DNA from: Rhodospirillaceae bacterium
GTDB lineage: Bacteria > Pseudomonadota > Alphaproteobacteria > CACIAM-22H2
DNA: 64,000 bases
Reading direction: 5' to 3'
Assembly: GCA_027490975.1 (NCBI GenBank)
Contig: JAIXXA010000166.1
Coordinates: 14,150 to 78,149 of the forward strand
The position numbers were made by a program, and so were the translations under genes. Below, in pieces: positions 54,365 to 64,000 of this stretch; the first letter of the stretch is position 1, and every line of letters starts with the position of its first letter. The notes below the pieces were generated by a model. It ran no database searches. It saw only the letters and a list, made by a program, of their open reading frames with translations, and was not told the DNA's origin.

Positions 54365-54896
54365 GCGCCGCAACGAAGGCCGCGACGGCCGCGTCGAGTG
54401 CGCCGCTATTGTCGATGCGCACCGCATCGGGGATCGCGGATTCGAGGGCGGCGGCGCGGACGAGCCGCGCTTCGATTTCGGCCGCATCTTCGCGCGCGCG
54501 CGCGGCCAAGCGGTTCGCGAGGATCGCAGGGCTTGCTTCGACCAACACAGGCACGGCGCCGGCCGACGCGGGTTTGCCGGTCGCCCAATCGGCCCGGCTG
54601 CCCGAGACGACGACGGTCAAGCCCGCCTGGCGCCACAGCGCGATCTCCGAACCGATCGCATAGCCGACGGCGCGCGCGTGCCAATCGAAGGCGAACAGCC
54701 CGGCGGCCTTGCGCGACGCGAACTCCTGCGCCGTGAGCGGCACGAACACTTCGTCGCCAGGGACCGGCGGGCGCGTGATGTAGCGATGCGCGAACGCGAA
54801 GCCCATTCCGTCGAGGGCGGCGCGCGCGGCGTTCAGCAGCGTGTCTTTGCCCGCACCCGACGGGCCCATCACATACGCAAGTGCGCCCGCTTTCAA
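54333..54896 (-). CDS. phnN: Ribose 1,5-bisphosphokinase
   Basis: GPSGAGKD, HRYITR, SGSR; TTG start overlapping the phnM stop. Confidence 0.92.
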   Translation of the reverse strand: MKAGALAYVMGPSGAGKDTLLNAARAALDGMGFAFAHRYITRPPVPGDEVFVPLTAQEFASRKAAGLFAFDWHARAVGYAIGSEIALWRQAGLTVVVSGSRADWATGKPASAGAVPVLVEASPAILANRLAARAREDAAEIEARLVRAAALESAIPDAVRIDNSGALDAAVAAFVAALKRIRAGSAA

Positions 54897-56035
54897 ACGA
54901 CGCGGCGCCCTTCGCGCCACACTTCGCGGATCTGCGCAAGCTCGCCCGCAATGCGCGCGCGCACGAGATCGGCGCGTTTGCCGACCGCGATTTCGCCGCG
55001 ATCGTCGAGCCCCACCGAATGGGCGGGGTTGTAGCTGATCTTGGCGACGGCAGCGGCCAGATCGATGCCGATGTTTGCAGCGGCAAGCTTCAATGCGGCG
55101 GGCAGGATGCTCGCGGGCACATAGTCCGACGACACGATGTCGACATGGCCCGTACGCGCGAGATCGACCGCGGCGACGTTGCCCGAGTGCGAGCCGCCGA
55201 GCACCAGGTTGGGTCCGCCCACCAGCACGGCCAAACCTGCCGCGTGCGAGGCGGCGGCGGCTTCCGGCGTGGTCGGGAATTCCGCGATCTGCATGCGGTC
55301 GCGGATCGCCTCGTCGACATGCGCGAGCGTGGCGTCGTCGTGGCTCGCGAGCGCGATGCCCTTGCGGTGCGCGTGGTCGACAAGCAGGCGCCGATTGGCG
55401 GCGGCGTAGTTCTGGTGCATGTGGTGGCGCTCGGCCACGAAAGCGCGGAAGGCTTCGTCGGTCATCGCGTATTTTTTGGTGTAGTAGAGGCGGAGTTTTC
55501 CTTCGTCCACGAACTGCCGCTGGCCGGGCGTGTGGTCCATGATCGAGGCGAGCTTGACCTCGGGGAAATCCATCATGCGCTTGGCGAGCGCCTCGACGTT
55601 CGGATACGTAACTTCGCAGCGCACGTGGATGAGGTGCTCGGCGCGCAAAGCGCCTGCGGCACCCGTCGCCATAAGGGCCGCGTGCATGCGCTCGAGATTC
55701 TCCACGCGGTCGCTGCGCTCGAACACGTCGCCCAAGCCGACCGCGTCGAACACCGTGACGATGCCGGCAGCCGCGATCTGCGCGTCGTGCGCCATCACGG
55801 CCTCTTCGGCCGGCCAGTGCACGCCGGGGCGGGGGCTCATGTGTTTCTCGAGATTGTCGGTGTGCAGTTCGACGAAACCCGGCATCAGAAATTCGCCGTC
55901 GAGGTCGGTGCCGACCGCACTGCCGCTTTCGGCGATGTCGGCAATGCGGCCGTTCTCGACGCGCACCGCGGCCCCTGCGAGGACGCGGTCGCGCAACACC
56001 ACGCGCGCGTTGCGGAACACGATTTCGCTGCTCAT
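54893..56035 (-). CDS. phnM: Alpha-D-ribose 1-methylphosphonate 5-triphosphate diphosphatase
   Basis: ELHTDNLE, MDHTPGQRQF, ASHDD, GSHSGNV, SSDY. Confidence 0.95.
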   Translation of the reverse strand: MSSEIVFRNARVVLRDRVLAGAAVRVENGRIADIAESGSAVGTDLDGEFLMPGFVELHTDNLEKHMSPRPGVHWPAEEAVMAHDAQIAAAGIVTVFDAVGLGDVFERSDRVENLERMHAALMATGAAGALRAEHLIHVRCEVTYPNVEALAKRMMDFPEVKLASIMDHTPGQRQFVDEGKLRLYYTKKYAMTDEAFRAFVAERHHMHQNYAAANRRLLVDHAHRKGIALASHDDATLAHVDEAIRDRMQIAEFPTTPEAAAASHAAGLAVLVGGPNLVLGGSHSGNVAAVDLARTGHVDIVSSDYVPASILPAALKLAAANIGIDLAAAVAKISYNPAHSVGLDDRGEIAVGKRADLVRARIAGELAQIREVWREGRRVV

Positions 56036-56730
56036 GCGGCCATCCGTACGGGTTCGACGTTGAAAATGCGCGTGCCGACGGCGTCGGCCATGTCGTGATC
56101 GTGGAATACGCCGAGCACGGCCGCCCCGCGCGCTTTGGCCGCCTCGATGAGCGCCACCACGCGGCGGCGGTTATCGGCATCGAGCGCCGAGGTGGGTTCG
56201 TCGAGCAGCATCAGCGGATACTCGACCGCGAAGCCGCGCGCGAGATTGACGCGCTGCTGCTCGCCGCCCGAAAAAGTGGCGGGCGGCAGATCCCACATTT
56301 TTTGGGCAATGCCGAGACCGTCGAGCAGCATCCCCGCGCGCTCGCGCGCGCGCTCTTCGTCCCAGCCGATGCGGCGCAACGGCTCGGCGACGACGTCGCG
56401 CGCGCCCACGCGCGGGATCGCACGCAGGAACTGGCTCACATAGCCGAGCGTGCGGCGGCGCAGATCGAGGATCGTGCGGTGCCCCGCCCCGACGATCTCG
56501 ACTTTCGCCGCGCGGTCGGCGATTTTGATCGAGCCTGCATCGGGCACGTAATTGCCGTAGACGCAGCGCAGCAGCGTCGATTTGCCGGCACCCGAGGGGC
56601 CGGCAAGCACAAGGCATTCGCCCGCAAACGCGTCGAGCGACACGCCGCCGAGCACGGGCAGTTCGAGACCGCCGCGATTGTGCAGGCGGAAGCTTTTGCG
56701 CAGATCGCGCACTTCGAGCAAGGGCGTCAT
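56032..56730 (-). CDS. phnL: C-P lyase system protein PhnL
   Basis: GPSGAGKS, GYVSQFLR, PPATFSGGEQQRVN. Confidence 0.94.
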   Translation of the reverse strand: MTPLLEVRDLRKSFRLHNRGGLELPVLGGVSLDAFAGECLVLAGPSGAGKSTLLRCVYGNYVPDAGSIKIADRAAKVEIVGAGHRTILDLRRRTLGYVSQFLRAIPRVGARDVVAEPLRRIGWDEERARERAGMLLDGLGIAQKMWDLPPATFSGGEQQRVNLARGFAVEYPLMLLDEPTSALDADNRRRVVALIEAAKARGAAVLGVFHDHDMADAVGTRIFNVEPVRMAA

Positions 56731-57512
56731 ATCTGCAGCACCGAGGAAACGAGCAGTTGCGCATACGGCGTTTGCGGATCGTCGAGCACCTGGTCCACGA
56801 GGCCGAGTTCGACCGCTTTGCCGTCTTTCATCACCAGCAGCCGGTCGCCGAGCAGGCGGGCCACCGCCAGATCGTGCGTGACGAGCACGGCCGCAAGCCC
56901 CAAATCGCGCACGAGCACGCGCAGAAGATCGAGCAGGCGGGCTTGCACCGACACGTCGAGCCCGCCGGTCGGCTCGTCCATGAACACGAGGCGGGGCTTC
57001 GTCACGAGATTGCGCGCGATCTGCAGGCGCTGCTGCATGCCGCCCGAAAATTTCGACGGCAGATCGTCGATGCGGTCGCCCGAGATCTCCAGCCGCTGCA
57101 GCCAATCGGTCGCCTCAAAGCGGATATTGCCGTAGTGGCGCGCACCCAGCGCCATCAGGCGCTCGCCGACATTGGCCCCCGCCGAGACGCCGAAGCGCAG
57201 GCCGTCGCGCGGGTTCTGGTGGATGAGGCCCCATTCGGTGCGCTGCAGGCGCTTCAACAGCGTTTCGTCGCTGGCCGCAATGTCGATCTCGCGGCCCTGC
57301 GCATTGCGATAGTGGGCATGGCCCGCATCGATCGGCGTCTGGCCCGACAGGCATTTGAGCAGCGAGGTTTTGCCGGCGCCCGATTCGCCGACGACCGCCA
57401 AAACTTCGCCCGGCCACAGCTCGAACGAGATGTCGTCGCACACCGCCCGGCTGCCGAAATTCTTGCGCAGACCCTCGACGCGCAGGATCGGTTCGTCGCT
57501 GTTGGCGTTCAT
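56727..57512 (-). CDS. phnK: C-P lyase system protein PhnK
   Basis: GESGAGKT, HQNPRDGLR, FSGGMQQRLQIARNL. Confidence 0.95.
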   Translation of the reverse strand: MNANSDEPILRVEGLRKNFGSRAVCDDISFELWPGEVLAVVGESGAGKTSLLKCLSGQTPIDAGHAHYRNAQGREIDIAASDETLLKRLQRTEWGLIHQNPRDGLRFGVSAGANVGERLMALGARHYGNIRFEATDWLQRLEISGDRIDDLPSKFSGGMQQRLQIARNLVTKPRLVFMDEPTGGLDVSVQARLLDLLRVLVRDLGLAAVLVTHDLAVARLLGDRLLVMKDGKAVELGLVDQVLDDPQTPYAQLLVSSVLQI

Positions 57513-58396
57513 TCGGCGGCGTCCTTCGTTGCGGTCGCGGGCTTCGCTTCAGCTGCCGGCCCGTGGCCGTGCGCGCGACGCGTCTGGCAATAGTCGCTGT
57601 CCGAGCACACGAACATGCGTTTGTTGCTGTCGTCGACGACGATCTCGTCGAGGAACGAGTCGCTCGCCCCGCACAGCGCACAGCTTTCGTCCCATTTTTC
57701 GATGCGGAACGGATGGTCCTCGAAATCGAGCGAGCGCACGGCCGTGTAGGGCGGGACCGCATAGATGCGCTTTTCGCGGCCGGCGCCAAACAGCATCAAA
57801 GCCGGACTGCGGTCGAGTTTCGGATTGTCGAATTTCGGGATCGGCGACGGCTTCATCAGATAGCGGCCGTCGACCACGACCGGATAGTCGTAGCCCGTGG
57901 CAATATGGCCGAAGCGCGCCACGTCTTCGTAGAGCTTCACATGCATGACCGAATAGTCGGCGTGCGCGTGCATGCGCCGCGTTTCGGCCTCGCGCGGCTC
58001 GAGCCAACGCAGCGGCTCGGGGATCGGCACCTGGAAAACCATGATCTGGCCTTCGCGCAAAGCCGCTTCGGGGATGCGGTGGCGCGTCTGGATGATCGTC
58101 GCCTCTTCCGTGCGCTCGGTCGTGGCAACGTCGGTCGTGTTGGCGAACAGGCGGCGGATCGACACCGCATTGGTCGTGTCGTCGGCTCCTTGGTCGATGA
58201 CCTTCAGCACGTCGCTGCGGCCGACGATCGCCGCTGTCACCTGGATGCCGCCCGTTCCCCACCCGTAGGGCAGCGGCATTTCGCGGCTCGCGAACGGCAC
58301 CTGGTAGCCCGGGATCGCGACCGCTTTCAGCAGCGCGCGGCGGATCATGCGTTTGGTCTGCTCGTCGAGATAGGCGAAATTGTAGCCTTCGATCAT
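57509..58396 (-). CDS. phnJ: C-P lyase radical SAM subunit
   Basis: YNFAYLDEQTKR, YGWGTGG, CALCG...CSDSDYC. Confidence 0.96.
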   Translation of the reverse strand: MIEGYNFAYLDEQTKRMIRRALLKAVAIPGYQVPFASREMPLPYGWGTGGIQVTAAIVGRSDVLKVIDQGADDTTNAVSIRRLFANTTDVATTERTEEATIIQTRHRIPEAALREGQIMVFQVPIPEPLRWLEPREAETRRMHAHADYSVMHVKLYEDVARFGHIATGYDYPVVVDGRYLMKPSPIPKFDNPKLDRSPALMLFGAGREKRIYAVPPYTAVRSLDFEDHPFRIEKWDESCALCGASDSFLDEIVVDDSNKRMFVCSDSDYCQTRRAHGHGPAAEAKPATATKDAAE

Positions 58397-59469
58397 TCGG
58401 CCGCCTCGCGCGTTTGGTCGGCGCGAATGCGCCGGATGAGATTGAGCTCGGACTGGAAATCCACGTAGTGCGGCAGTTTCAGATGCTGCACGAAGCCCGA
58501 GGCTTCGACATTGTCGGCGTGCGACAGCACGAACTCTTCGTCCTGGGCGGGCGAGGTGCGCTCTTCGCCGAGTTCGCCCGCGCGCAGCGAGCGGTCGACG
58601 AGCGCCATCGCCATTGCCTTGCGCTCGCCCTCGCCGAAGACGAGCCCGTAGCCGCGCGTGAACTGCGCGGGCTTTTCGCGCGAGCCCTGGAACTGGTTGA
58701 TCATCTCGCACTCGGTCACGCGGACGTCGCCGATGCACACGGCAAAACCGAGTTCCTCAGGCACGATCTCCACATCGACGTCGCCGATGCGAATTTCGCC
58801 GGCAAACGGATGGGTCGACGAATAGCCGCGCTGGGTCGAATAGCCCAGCGCCAGCAGGAAGCCTTCGTCGCCGCGCGCGAGATTCTGGAGGCGCAACGCA
58901 CGCTCGGCCGGGAATTGCAGCGGATCGCGCGTGAGATCGGGCGGGGACGCGTCGTCTTCGGCGACCTGCTCGATGAGTCCTTCGCGGTCGAGAATGTCGA
59001 GCGCGCGCGGACAATCGGTTTGCGGCGCGTCCGCAGCGGGTTCGACCGTCTTGCGCTTGCCCTCGGCCGCAAGCGCAAAATCGAGCAGGCGATGCGTGTA
59101 GTCGAAGGTCGGCCCCAGCATCTGGCCGCCGGGCAGATCCTTGTACGCGGCCGAGATGCGCCGGATCGGGCGCATCTTGTCGGTATCGACCGGCAGCGAT
59201 TCGGCCAGGCGCGGCAACGTGGTGCGATAGGCGCGCAAAAGAAAGATCGCCTCGACGAGATCGCCGCGCGCCTGCTTGACGGCGAGGGCCGCAAGTTCGC
59301 GGTCGTAGAGCGAGCCTTCGGCCATCACGCGATCGACGGCGAGCGTGAGCTGGCCGGAAATCTGCGCCAGCGACAATTCGGGCGTAGCCGGATCGCCGCG
59401 CCGTGCCTGGTCGAGCAGCGCATGCGAGGCCTCGATCGCCTTGGCTCCGCCTTTGACGGCAACATACAT
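58393..59469 (-). CDS. phnI: C-P lyase subunit PhnI
   Basis: MYVAVKGG, LLRAYRTTL, HLKLPHYVDFQ. Confidence 0.96.
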   Translation of the reverse strand: MYVAVKGGAKAIEASHALLDQARRGDPATPELSLAQISGQLTLAVDRVMAEGSLYDRELAALAVKQARGDLVEAIFLLRAYRTTLPRLAESLPVDTDKMRPIRRISAAYKDLPGGQMLGPTFDYTHRLLDFALAAEGKRKTVEPAADAPQTDCPRALDILDREGLIEQVAEDDASPPDLTRDPLQFPAERALRLQNLARGDEGFLLALGYSTQRGYSSTHPFAGEIRIGDVDVEIVPEELGFAVCIGDVRVTECEMINQFQGSREKPAQFTRGYGLVFGEGERKAMAMALVDRSLRAGELGEERTSPAQDEEFVLSHADNVEASGFVQHLKLPHYVDFQSELNLIRRIRADQTREAAE

Positions 59470-59472
59470 GGC

Positions 59473-60051
59473 CTAACCCTCCACGCGCGTGGTGCGCGGC
59501 AATGCAAGTGCGGTATTGCCAGCGACGAAAACGATGTCGAGCCCGCGCGGAAACAGCTCGTGCAGCATGTCGCGCTGGCCCCAGAAGCCGCTCGGCAGAC
59601 CGGCAATGCCGACATGCTCGACCGTTTCGATGCCGGGGCCGCGCAGCGTGAGCGCGCCGCCACGGGCGAGGCCCGGCACTTCGAGAACGAGCGTGGTCGA
59701 TTGGTCGGGATATTCGTTGGTGCCGAGATCGAATTGGGCGAGCGGCGGGCATTCGCCGGCCGTCGCGAACGCAAAACGCGCAGCCGCCGGGCTTGCTGCC
59801 AAGCGCGCACTGCAATGGAAACGCAGCCAATCGGCGGCAGGGGCGCAGGCCGGGCCCAGCCATACCGCCGTATCCATATCGACCAAGGTCAGCGCCAAAG
59901 CGGCGGCCGCACGGCCCAAACCCGGTGGCACTTCGGCGGGGGCTGCAAAATGCGCCAGACGCCCGGGGCGCGCCATCGCATCGAGCACGGCACGGAACGC
60001 GGCTTGCGCGTCGGACACAGGATCGGCGAAACCGGCTTCCATCGCGCGCAT
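59473..60051 (-). CDS. phnH: C-P lyase subunit PhnH
   Basis: AQAAFRAVLDAMARPG, GT.EYPD, GPGI, FPRGLD. Confidence 0.94.
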   Translation of the reverse strand: MRAMEAGFADPVSDAQAAFRAVLDAMARPGRLAHFAAPAEVPPGLGRAAAALALTLVDMDTAVWLGPACAPAADWLRFHCSARLAASPAAARFAFATAGECPPLAQFDLGTNEYPDQSTTLVLEVPGLARGGALTLRGPGIETVEHVGIAGLPSGFWGQRDMLHELFPRGLDIVFVAGNTALALPRTTRVEG

Positions 60052-60054
60052 CTT

Positions 60055-60531
60055 CTACTCCCGCACGAGCGTGAAAAAATCGACTTTGCTGGTTGCGGCG
60101 CGCGCTGCTTGGGCGGCAATGCGCGCAGCCTGGGCGGCTTCGAGCTTGTCGATCTGGCGTGCCGCGCCTTCATTGCCGCGCTGTAGAAGCGCGTCGAGCA
60201 TGGCCGCTTGCTCCGCGCGATTTTTGTCGCGCCCCATCACATAGCCAAAGCCCATTGGCCCCGCCGCGTCGCCCTCAAGCCGTACCACGCAGCGCGTGAC
60301 CGTAGCCTCGCCGAAATTGAACGGCGCACCGCGCCCGCCAATGCGGCCGCGCAGCAACGCCAAACCCGTTTCGGGCGGACGCACGAACGCCGCGCGCGGC
60401 ATCTGCCCGAGTGCCGCGCACGCCGCAGCCAGTTCGCCCGGCATGGCTTTGGCCAGAACGCGCATCCAGCGTTGGCGCGCGGCGGTCGCAGGGTCGCCTG
60501 CGGTTGCGGGGTCGGGTACGGAAACTGTCAT
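60055..60531 (-). CDS. phnG: C-P lyase subunit PhnG
   Basis: RQRWMRVLA, PETGL, FNFGEATVTRC, KVDFFTLVR. Confidence 0.94.
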   Translation of the reverse strand: MTVSVPDPATAGDPATAARQRWMRVLAKAMPGELAAACAALGQMPRAAFVRPPETGLALLRGRIGGRGAPFNFGEATVTRCVVRLEGDAAGPMGFGYVMGRDKNRAEQAAMLDALLQRGNEGAARQIDKLEAAQAARIAAQAARAATSKVDFFTLVRE

Positions 60532-60545
60532 TTGCGGATCATCCA

Positions 60546-60598
60546 ACTTGTCTATACAAGTATGTTTAGTCCAATCCGGCGAACTTGTCTATACAAGA
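60546..60598. promoter_or_regulatory. Two palindromic GntR/HutC-type operators (likely PhnF sites)
   Basis: ACTTGTCTATACAAGT (60546-60561) and ACTTGTCTATACAAGA (60583-60598) between the divergent phnG and phnF. Confidence 0.85.
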
Positions 60599-60680
60599 TA
60601 GGTCGGGGGACGGCGCTGGAATAGCGCGGACCTGAGAAGTTTTTGTGGCGCTTTGCTGACGCCTCAAAGGAGTGCGCTGG

Positions 60681-61412
60681 ATGGAACCGATCTACGGCGA
60701 CGACACAAGTCCGGCCGTGTGGAAGCGCATCGAAGAAGCGCTGTTCCGCGAGATCGCCGCGCGCGGCAACAAACCGGGCGAGCGCCTGGAATCGGAAGGC
60801 GCACTTGCGCGCCGCTTCGGCGTGAACCGCCATACGGTGCGCCGCGCGATCGGCGGGCTCGTGCAGCGCGGCCTTGTGCGCGTCGAACGCGGGCGCGGCT
60901 CGTTCCTGGTGGGTGCTGCGGTCGAATACGCGCTCGGTCCGCGCACGCGCTTTTCCGAGAACCTGCTGCGCCAGGGCCGCGCCCCGCACCACGAGATTCT
61001 GGGCATCGCCGAAGTGTTCGCGTCCAAGCCGATCGCCAAGGCGCTTTGCTTGCGCGTCGGCCGGCCGGTCGTGGCGTGGCGCTCGGTCGGCAGCGCCGAC
61101 GGCAGCCCGACGAGCTATGCGCTGCATTTCTTTCCGACCGAACGCCTGCCGGGCATCGCCGAAGCGCTGCGCAAGCACCGCTCGATTTCCAAAGCGATGG
61201 CGGCCCTCGGCCACGGCGACTACCGGCGCAAATGGACGCGCATCACGGCGCGATTGGCGGAGACCGACGAAATCGAGCTTCTGGCGCTCACGCCCGCCCG
61301 GCCCGTGCTCGTGACCGAAAGCGTGAACGTATCGGCCGACGGCGCGCCGATCGATTTCGGCATGACGAGCTTTGCCGCCGACCGCGTGCAGCTCATGGTC
61401 GAGGCGCCGTAA
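60681..61412 (+). CDS. phnF: GntR/HutC regulator PhnF
   Basis: LARRFGVNRHTVRRAI HTH, GRGSF, RTRFSENL, UTRA domain. Confidence 0.93.
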   Translation: MEPIYGDDTSPAVWKRIEEALFREIAARGNKPGERLESEGALARRFGVNRHTVRRAIGGLVQRGLVRVERGRGSFLVGAAVEYALGPRTRFSENLLRQGRAPHHEILGIAEVFASKPIAKALCLRVGRPVVAWRSVGSADGSPTSYALHFFPTERLPGIAEALRKHRSISKAMAALGHGDYRRKWTRITARLAETDEIELLALTPARPVLVTESVNVSADGAPIDFGMTSFAADRVQLMVEAP

Positions 61413-61420
61413 GGCTGCAC

Positions 61421-62293
61421 TCACACCGGCAGCGGCTGCTTGCCGACGAGTTTTTCGCGCAAGGTGCGCGACAGCACGTCGATGATCGAAACCGTTATTA
61501 GGATCATGATCACGATGAAGCAGACCTGGTCCCAGTCGTTGATGCGAATGCGGTCTGCAAGGGCGAGCCCGATGCCGCCCGCCCCGACCACGCCCAGCAC
61601 CGTTGCCGAGCGCGTGTTGCTCTCGAAGTAGTAGAGCACGTTCGACACGAATACCGGCAGCACCTGCGGCACCACGGAAAAGCGCGTTTCGAGAAGGCCG
61701 CTCGCACCCGCCGCGCGCACGCCTTCGCCCTGCTCGCGCTCGACATTCTCGATGGCTTCCGAGAACAGCTTCGAAAGCGTGCCCACATCCGACAGCGCCA
61801 GCGCCATCACGCCCGCGAACGGCCCGAGCCCCACCGCGCTCACGAAAACAAGCGCCCAGATCAGCGCATCCACGCCGCGAAAGCCGTCGAGGCTGCGACG
61901 GATGCCGAAATGGAAAATGCGGTTCGAAACGATGTTGCGCGCAGCCAAGAAGCCGAGCGGGACGGCGGCGATCGCCGCCAGCATCGTGCCCAGAAACGCC
62001 ATGGCAAGCGTTTCGCCCATGCCGGTCAGGAAGTACATGAACCAGCCGCCGCTGCTTGGCGGAAACAGGAACTGGAACAGCCAGCCCAGCTTGCCGAGCC
62101 CGGCGAAAAACCGGTCCCAGCCCATGCCGATCCACCAGAAGCCGAAGCCGACGAAGGAAGCGATCGCCGCCGCAATGGCGAGCTGCTTGAGTTTGCGGCG
62201 CTGCTCGGCCGCATAGATCTGCGGATAGCGCGCCTGCAGGGCGGCGATCTCGCTGGCGTGCGGCAGGGCGGTTTCCATGCGCGGGTTCGTCAT
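61421..62293 (-). CDS. phnE: Phosphonate ABC permease, second copy
   Basis: ETLAMA, GLGPFAG, KLFSEAIE, ESNTRSATVLG. Confidence 0.93.
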   Translation of the reverse strand: MTNPRMETALPHASEIAALQARYPQIYAAEQRRKLKQLAIAAAIASFVGFGFWWIGMGWDRFFAGLGKLGWLFQFLFPPSSGGWFMYFLTGMGETLAMAFLGTMLAAIAAVPLGFLAARNIVSNRIFHFGIRRSLDGFRGVDALIWALVFVSAVGLGPFAGVMALALSDVGTLSKLFSEAIENVEREQGEGVRAAGASGLLETRFSVVPQVLPVFVSNVLYYFESNTRSATVLGVVGAGGIGLALADRIRINDWDQVCFIVIMILITVSIIDVLSRTLREKLVGKQPLPV

Positions 62294-63165
62294 TGGCGCC
62301 CCTCGCCCATCAAGTTCGAGCGCAGCCGTTCGCACACCATGTCGATGACCGCGACGGTCACGATGATCATCAGCAGAATCGCCGAGATTTCCGGATAGAT
62401 GAACTGGCGCACGGCCAGCAGCAGCTCTTCGCCGATGCCGCCTGCGCCGACGAAGCCCAGCACGGCGGCCGAACGCACGTTGATCTCGAAGCGCAGCAGC
62501 GCATAGCTCACATAGTTCGGCATCACTTGCGGCGACACGGCGAACACCATCGTCTGCCACCACGAGGCGCCGGCCGACTGCACGCCCTCGACCGAGCGCG
62601 TATCGACGTTTTCGTTCACTTCGGCGAACAGCTTGCCGAGCGCGCCCGCCGAGTGGATCGCGATCGCCAGCATGCCTGGAAAGGCGCCGAGGCCGAACGC
62701 GAACACGAATATGAGCGCGTAGACGAGTTCGGGCACGGCGCGGAATATCTCGAAGATGCGCCGCACAACTCAAACGCCCCTGCGCGAGGAATTGAGATTG
62801 GCCGACGCATAGAAGCACCCGACATATGCCGCGCCGAAAGCCAGCAAGGTCGCGAGGCCGGCGATCAGGATCGTCTCGAACAGCAGTTCGAGCCAGTGCC
62901 AGAATCCCCAATACCATTCCGCCATGTCGGCGCGGAATGTTTCGATGCGCAGAACGGGCACGGTGCGCCAGATGTAGTTCCAAGCGCCCGGCAGCCCTTC
63001 GATCAGATTGCGCGGATTGACCTCAGCCATGTACGACGCCAGCACCGTACACACGAGCAGCACGAAACCGCCCAGCCAGAGCTGGCGCCGCTTTTCGCGG
63101 CGCTGGCTCTGCCAGGCGGTCTCGAACCGTTCGACCGCATCCGACGCTGTCGCAGCAACGCTCAT
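62290..63165 (-). pseudogene. phnE: Phosphonate ABC permease, first copy, interrupted by an in-frame TGA at 62770-62772
   Basis: ORFs 62770..63165 and 62290..62766 share one frame (...AGG GGC GTT TGA GTT GTG CGG...); joined they give a full-length PhnE of about 291 aa. Confidence 0.8.
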
Positions 63166-63172
63166 CGCGTGA

Positions 63173-64000
63173 TCAGGAGCCGCGGCGCTGGGCCTGGTTG
63201 AACTTGATCATCTCGATGATCGGTTCGTACACGGCGTGCGAGCCGGGCACGAAGCCCTTCGAGTTGCCTTCGGTGATCTGCCTGAACCCGGCCGGATCGA
63301 CGGTCGGCATGTCGAGCATGGCCTTGCGCAGATCGTCGCGCATCGCCTGCGGCAGGTCCCGGCGCACCGCCCACGGGCTTTCCGGAATGTCGGGCGACGT
63401 CCACACGACGCGCACCGAATCCTTCGGGATCATGTTGCGGTCCCACATGCGCTGGAACACGCTGTCGGTCGCCGAGCGGTACCACACGAAACCAGCGTCG
63501 TACTGGTTGTTCACGACGGCGAGCGCCACGTTGTCGTGGCTGCCCGCAAAGCCCGTGCGCGAGAAGTAGGTGTTGGCTGGCGTTCCCGCCTTCGACAGGA
63601 AGAAGTTGGGCGCCACGAAGCCCGAGGTCGAATTGGGATCGACGAAGGCCAGCGTCTTGCCGCGCAGATCTTCGATCTTCTGGGCCGGGCTGTCGTTGCG
63701 CACGATCATGACCGCGCGATATGCGGCAACGCCGTTGATGTCGGATTCGATGACGATCGGCTCCACGTTGCCGTCGGTCACTTCGAAGGCGCGCGCATAC
63801 GAGGCGGGGCCAAAGAAGGCGAGTTCGACACGCCGCGCGCGCACGGCTTCGATGATGCCGGCATAGTCGGTTGCCGTGAAGAGGCGGACTTGCACGCCGA
63901 ACGTCCGGGCAAAGTATTCCTGCAGGGCCGTGTAGCGGCTCATCACGGTCTGCTGGTTTTCCGACGGGATGACGGCGACGTTCAGCGTCGGGAACTGGGC
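63173..64000 (-). CDS. phnD: Phosphonate ABC substrate-binding protein, start lies outside the window
   Basis: DYAGIIEA, FGPASY, DPNSTSG, GSHD; the frame stays open to the window edge. Confidence 0.92.
   Translation of the reverse strand, partial: AQFPTLNVAVIPSENQQTVMSRYTALQEYFARTFGVQVRLFTATDYAGIIEAVRARRVELAFFGPASYARAFEVTDGNVEPIVIESDINGVAAYRAVMIVRNDSPAQKIEDLRGKTLAFVDPNSTSGFVAPNFFLSKAGTPANTYFSRTGFAGSHDNVALAVVNNQYDAGFVWYRSATDSVFQRMWDRNMIPKDSVRVVWTSPDIPESPWAVRRDLPQAMRDDLRKAMLDMPTVDPAGFRQITEGNSKGFVPGSHAVYEPIIEMIKFNQAQRRGS

Noticed and set aside
62770-62772. Selenocysteine codon in phnE
   Set aside because: Not a catalytic Cys position in a permease, and no evident SECIS hairpin downstream.

Overview
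High-GC alphaproteobacterial chromosome segment; gene content and order suggest Rhodospirillales. It is mostly housekeeping and metabolic. Left part: dnaX (partial), SRP RNA, nudC, a TTC38-like TPR gene, an acyl-CoA ligase/Liv-type ABC operon interrupted by two near-identical cytochrome c2 genes plus arsC, a PleC/DivJ-like kinase, acnA, kynU-kynA, hsp20-htpG, and the helicase-hsp15-fdxA-carD block followed by an rpoH2-like sigma factor. Right part: phoR, sigF-nrsF, the complete ccoNOQP-GHIS cbb3 oxidase locus, an atypical serS-thiol dioxygenase-MFS operon and a C-P lyase (phn) cluster. The most unusual region is 30.7-32.2 kb. There a low-GC Mrr-type nuclease cassette is bounded by a 9-bp direct repeat and sits beside a dif/XerD-like site, an IHF-consensus site and seven phased 11-bp repeats. 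Other notable items: an in-frame TGA in one phnE; consensus sigmaE, sigmaF, RpoH and FNR sites; a sigmaF-linked CxxC miniprotein; and a probable pseudophosphatase. All calls come from reading motifs by eye; no searches were run. Most very long ORFs in the track are GC-rich antisense shadows.
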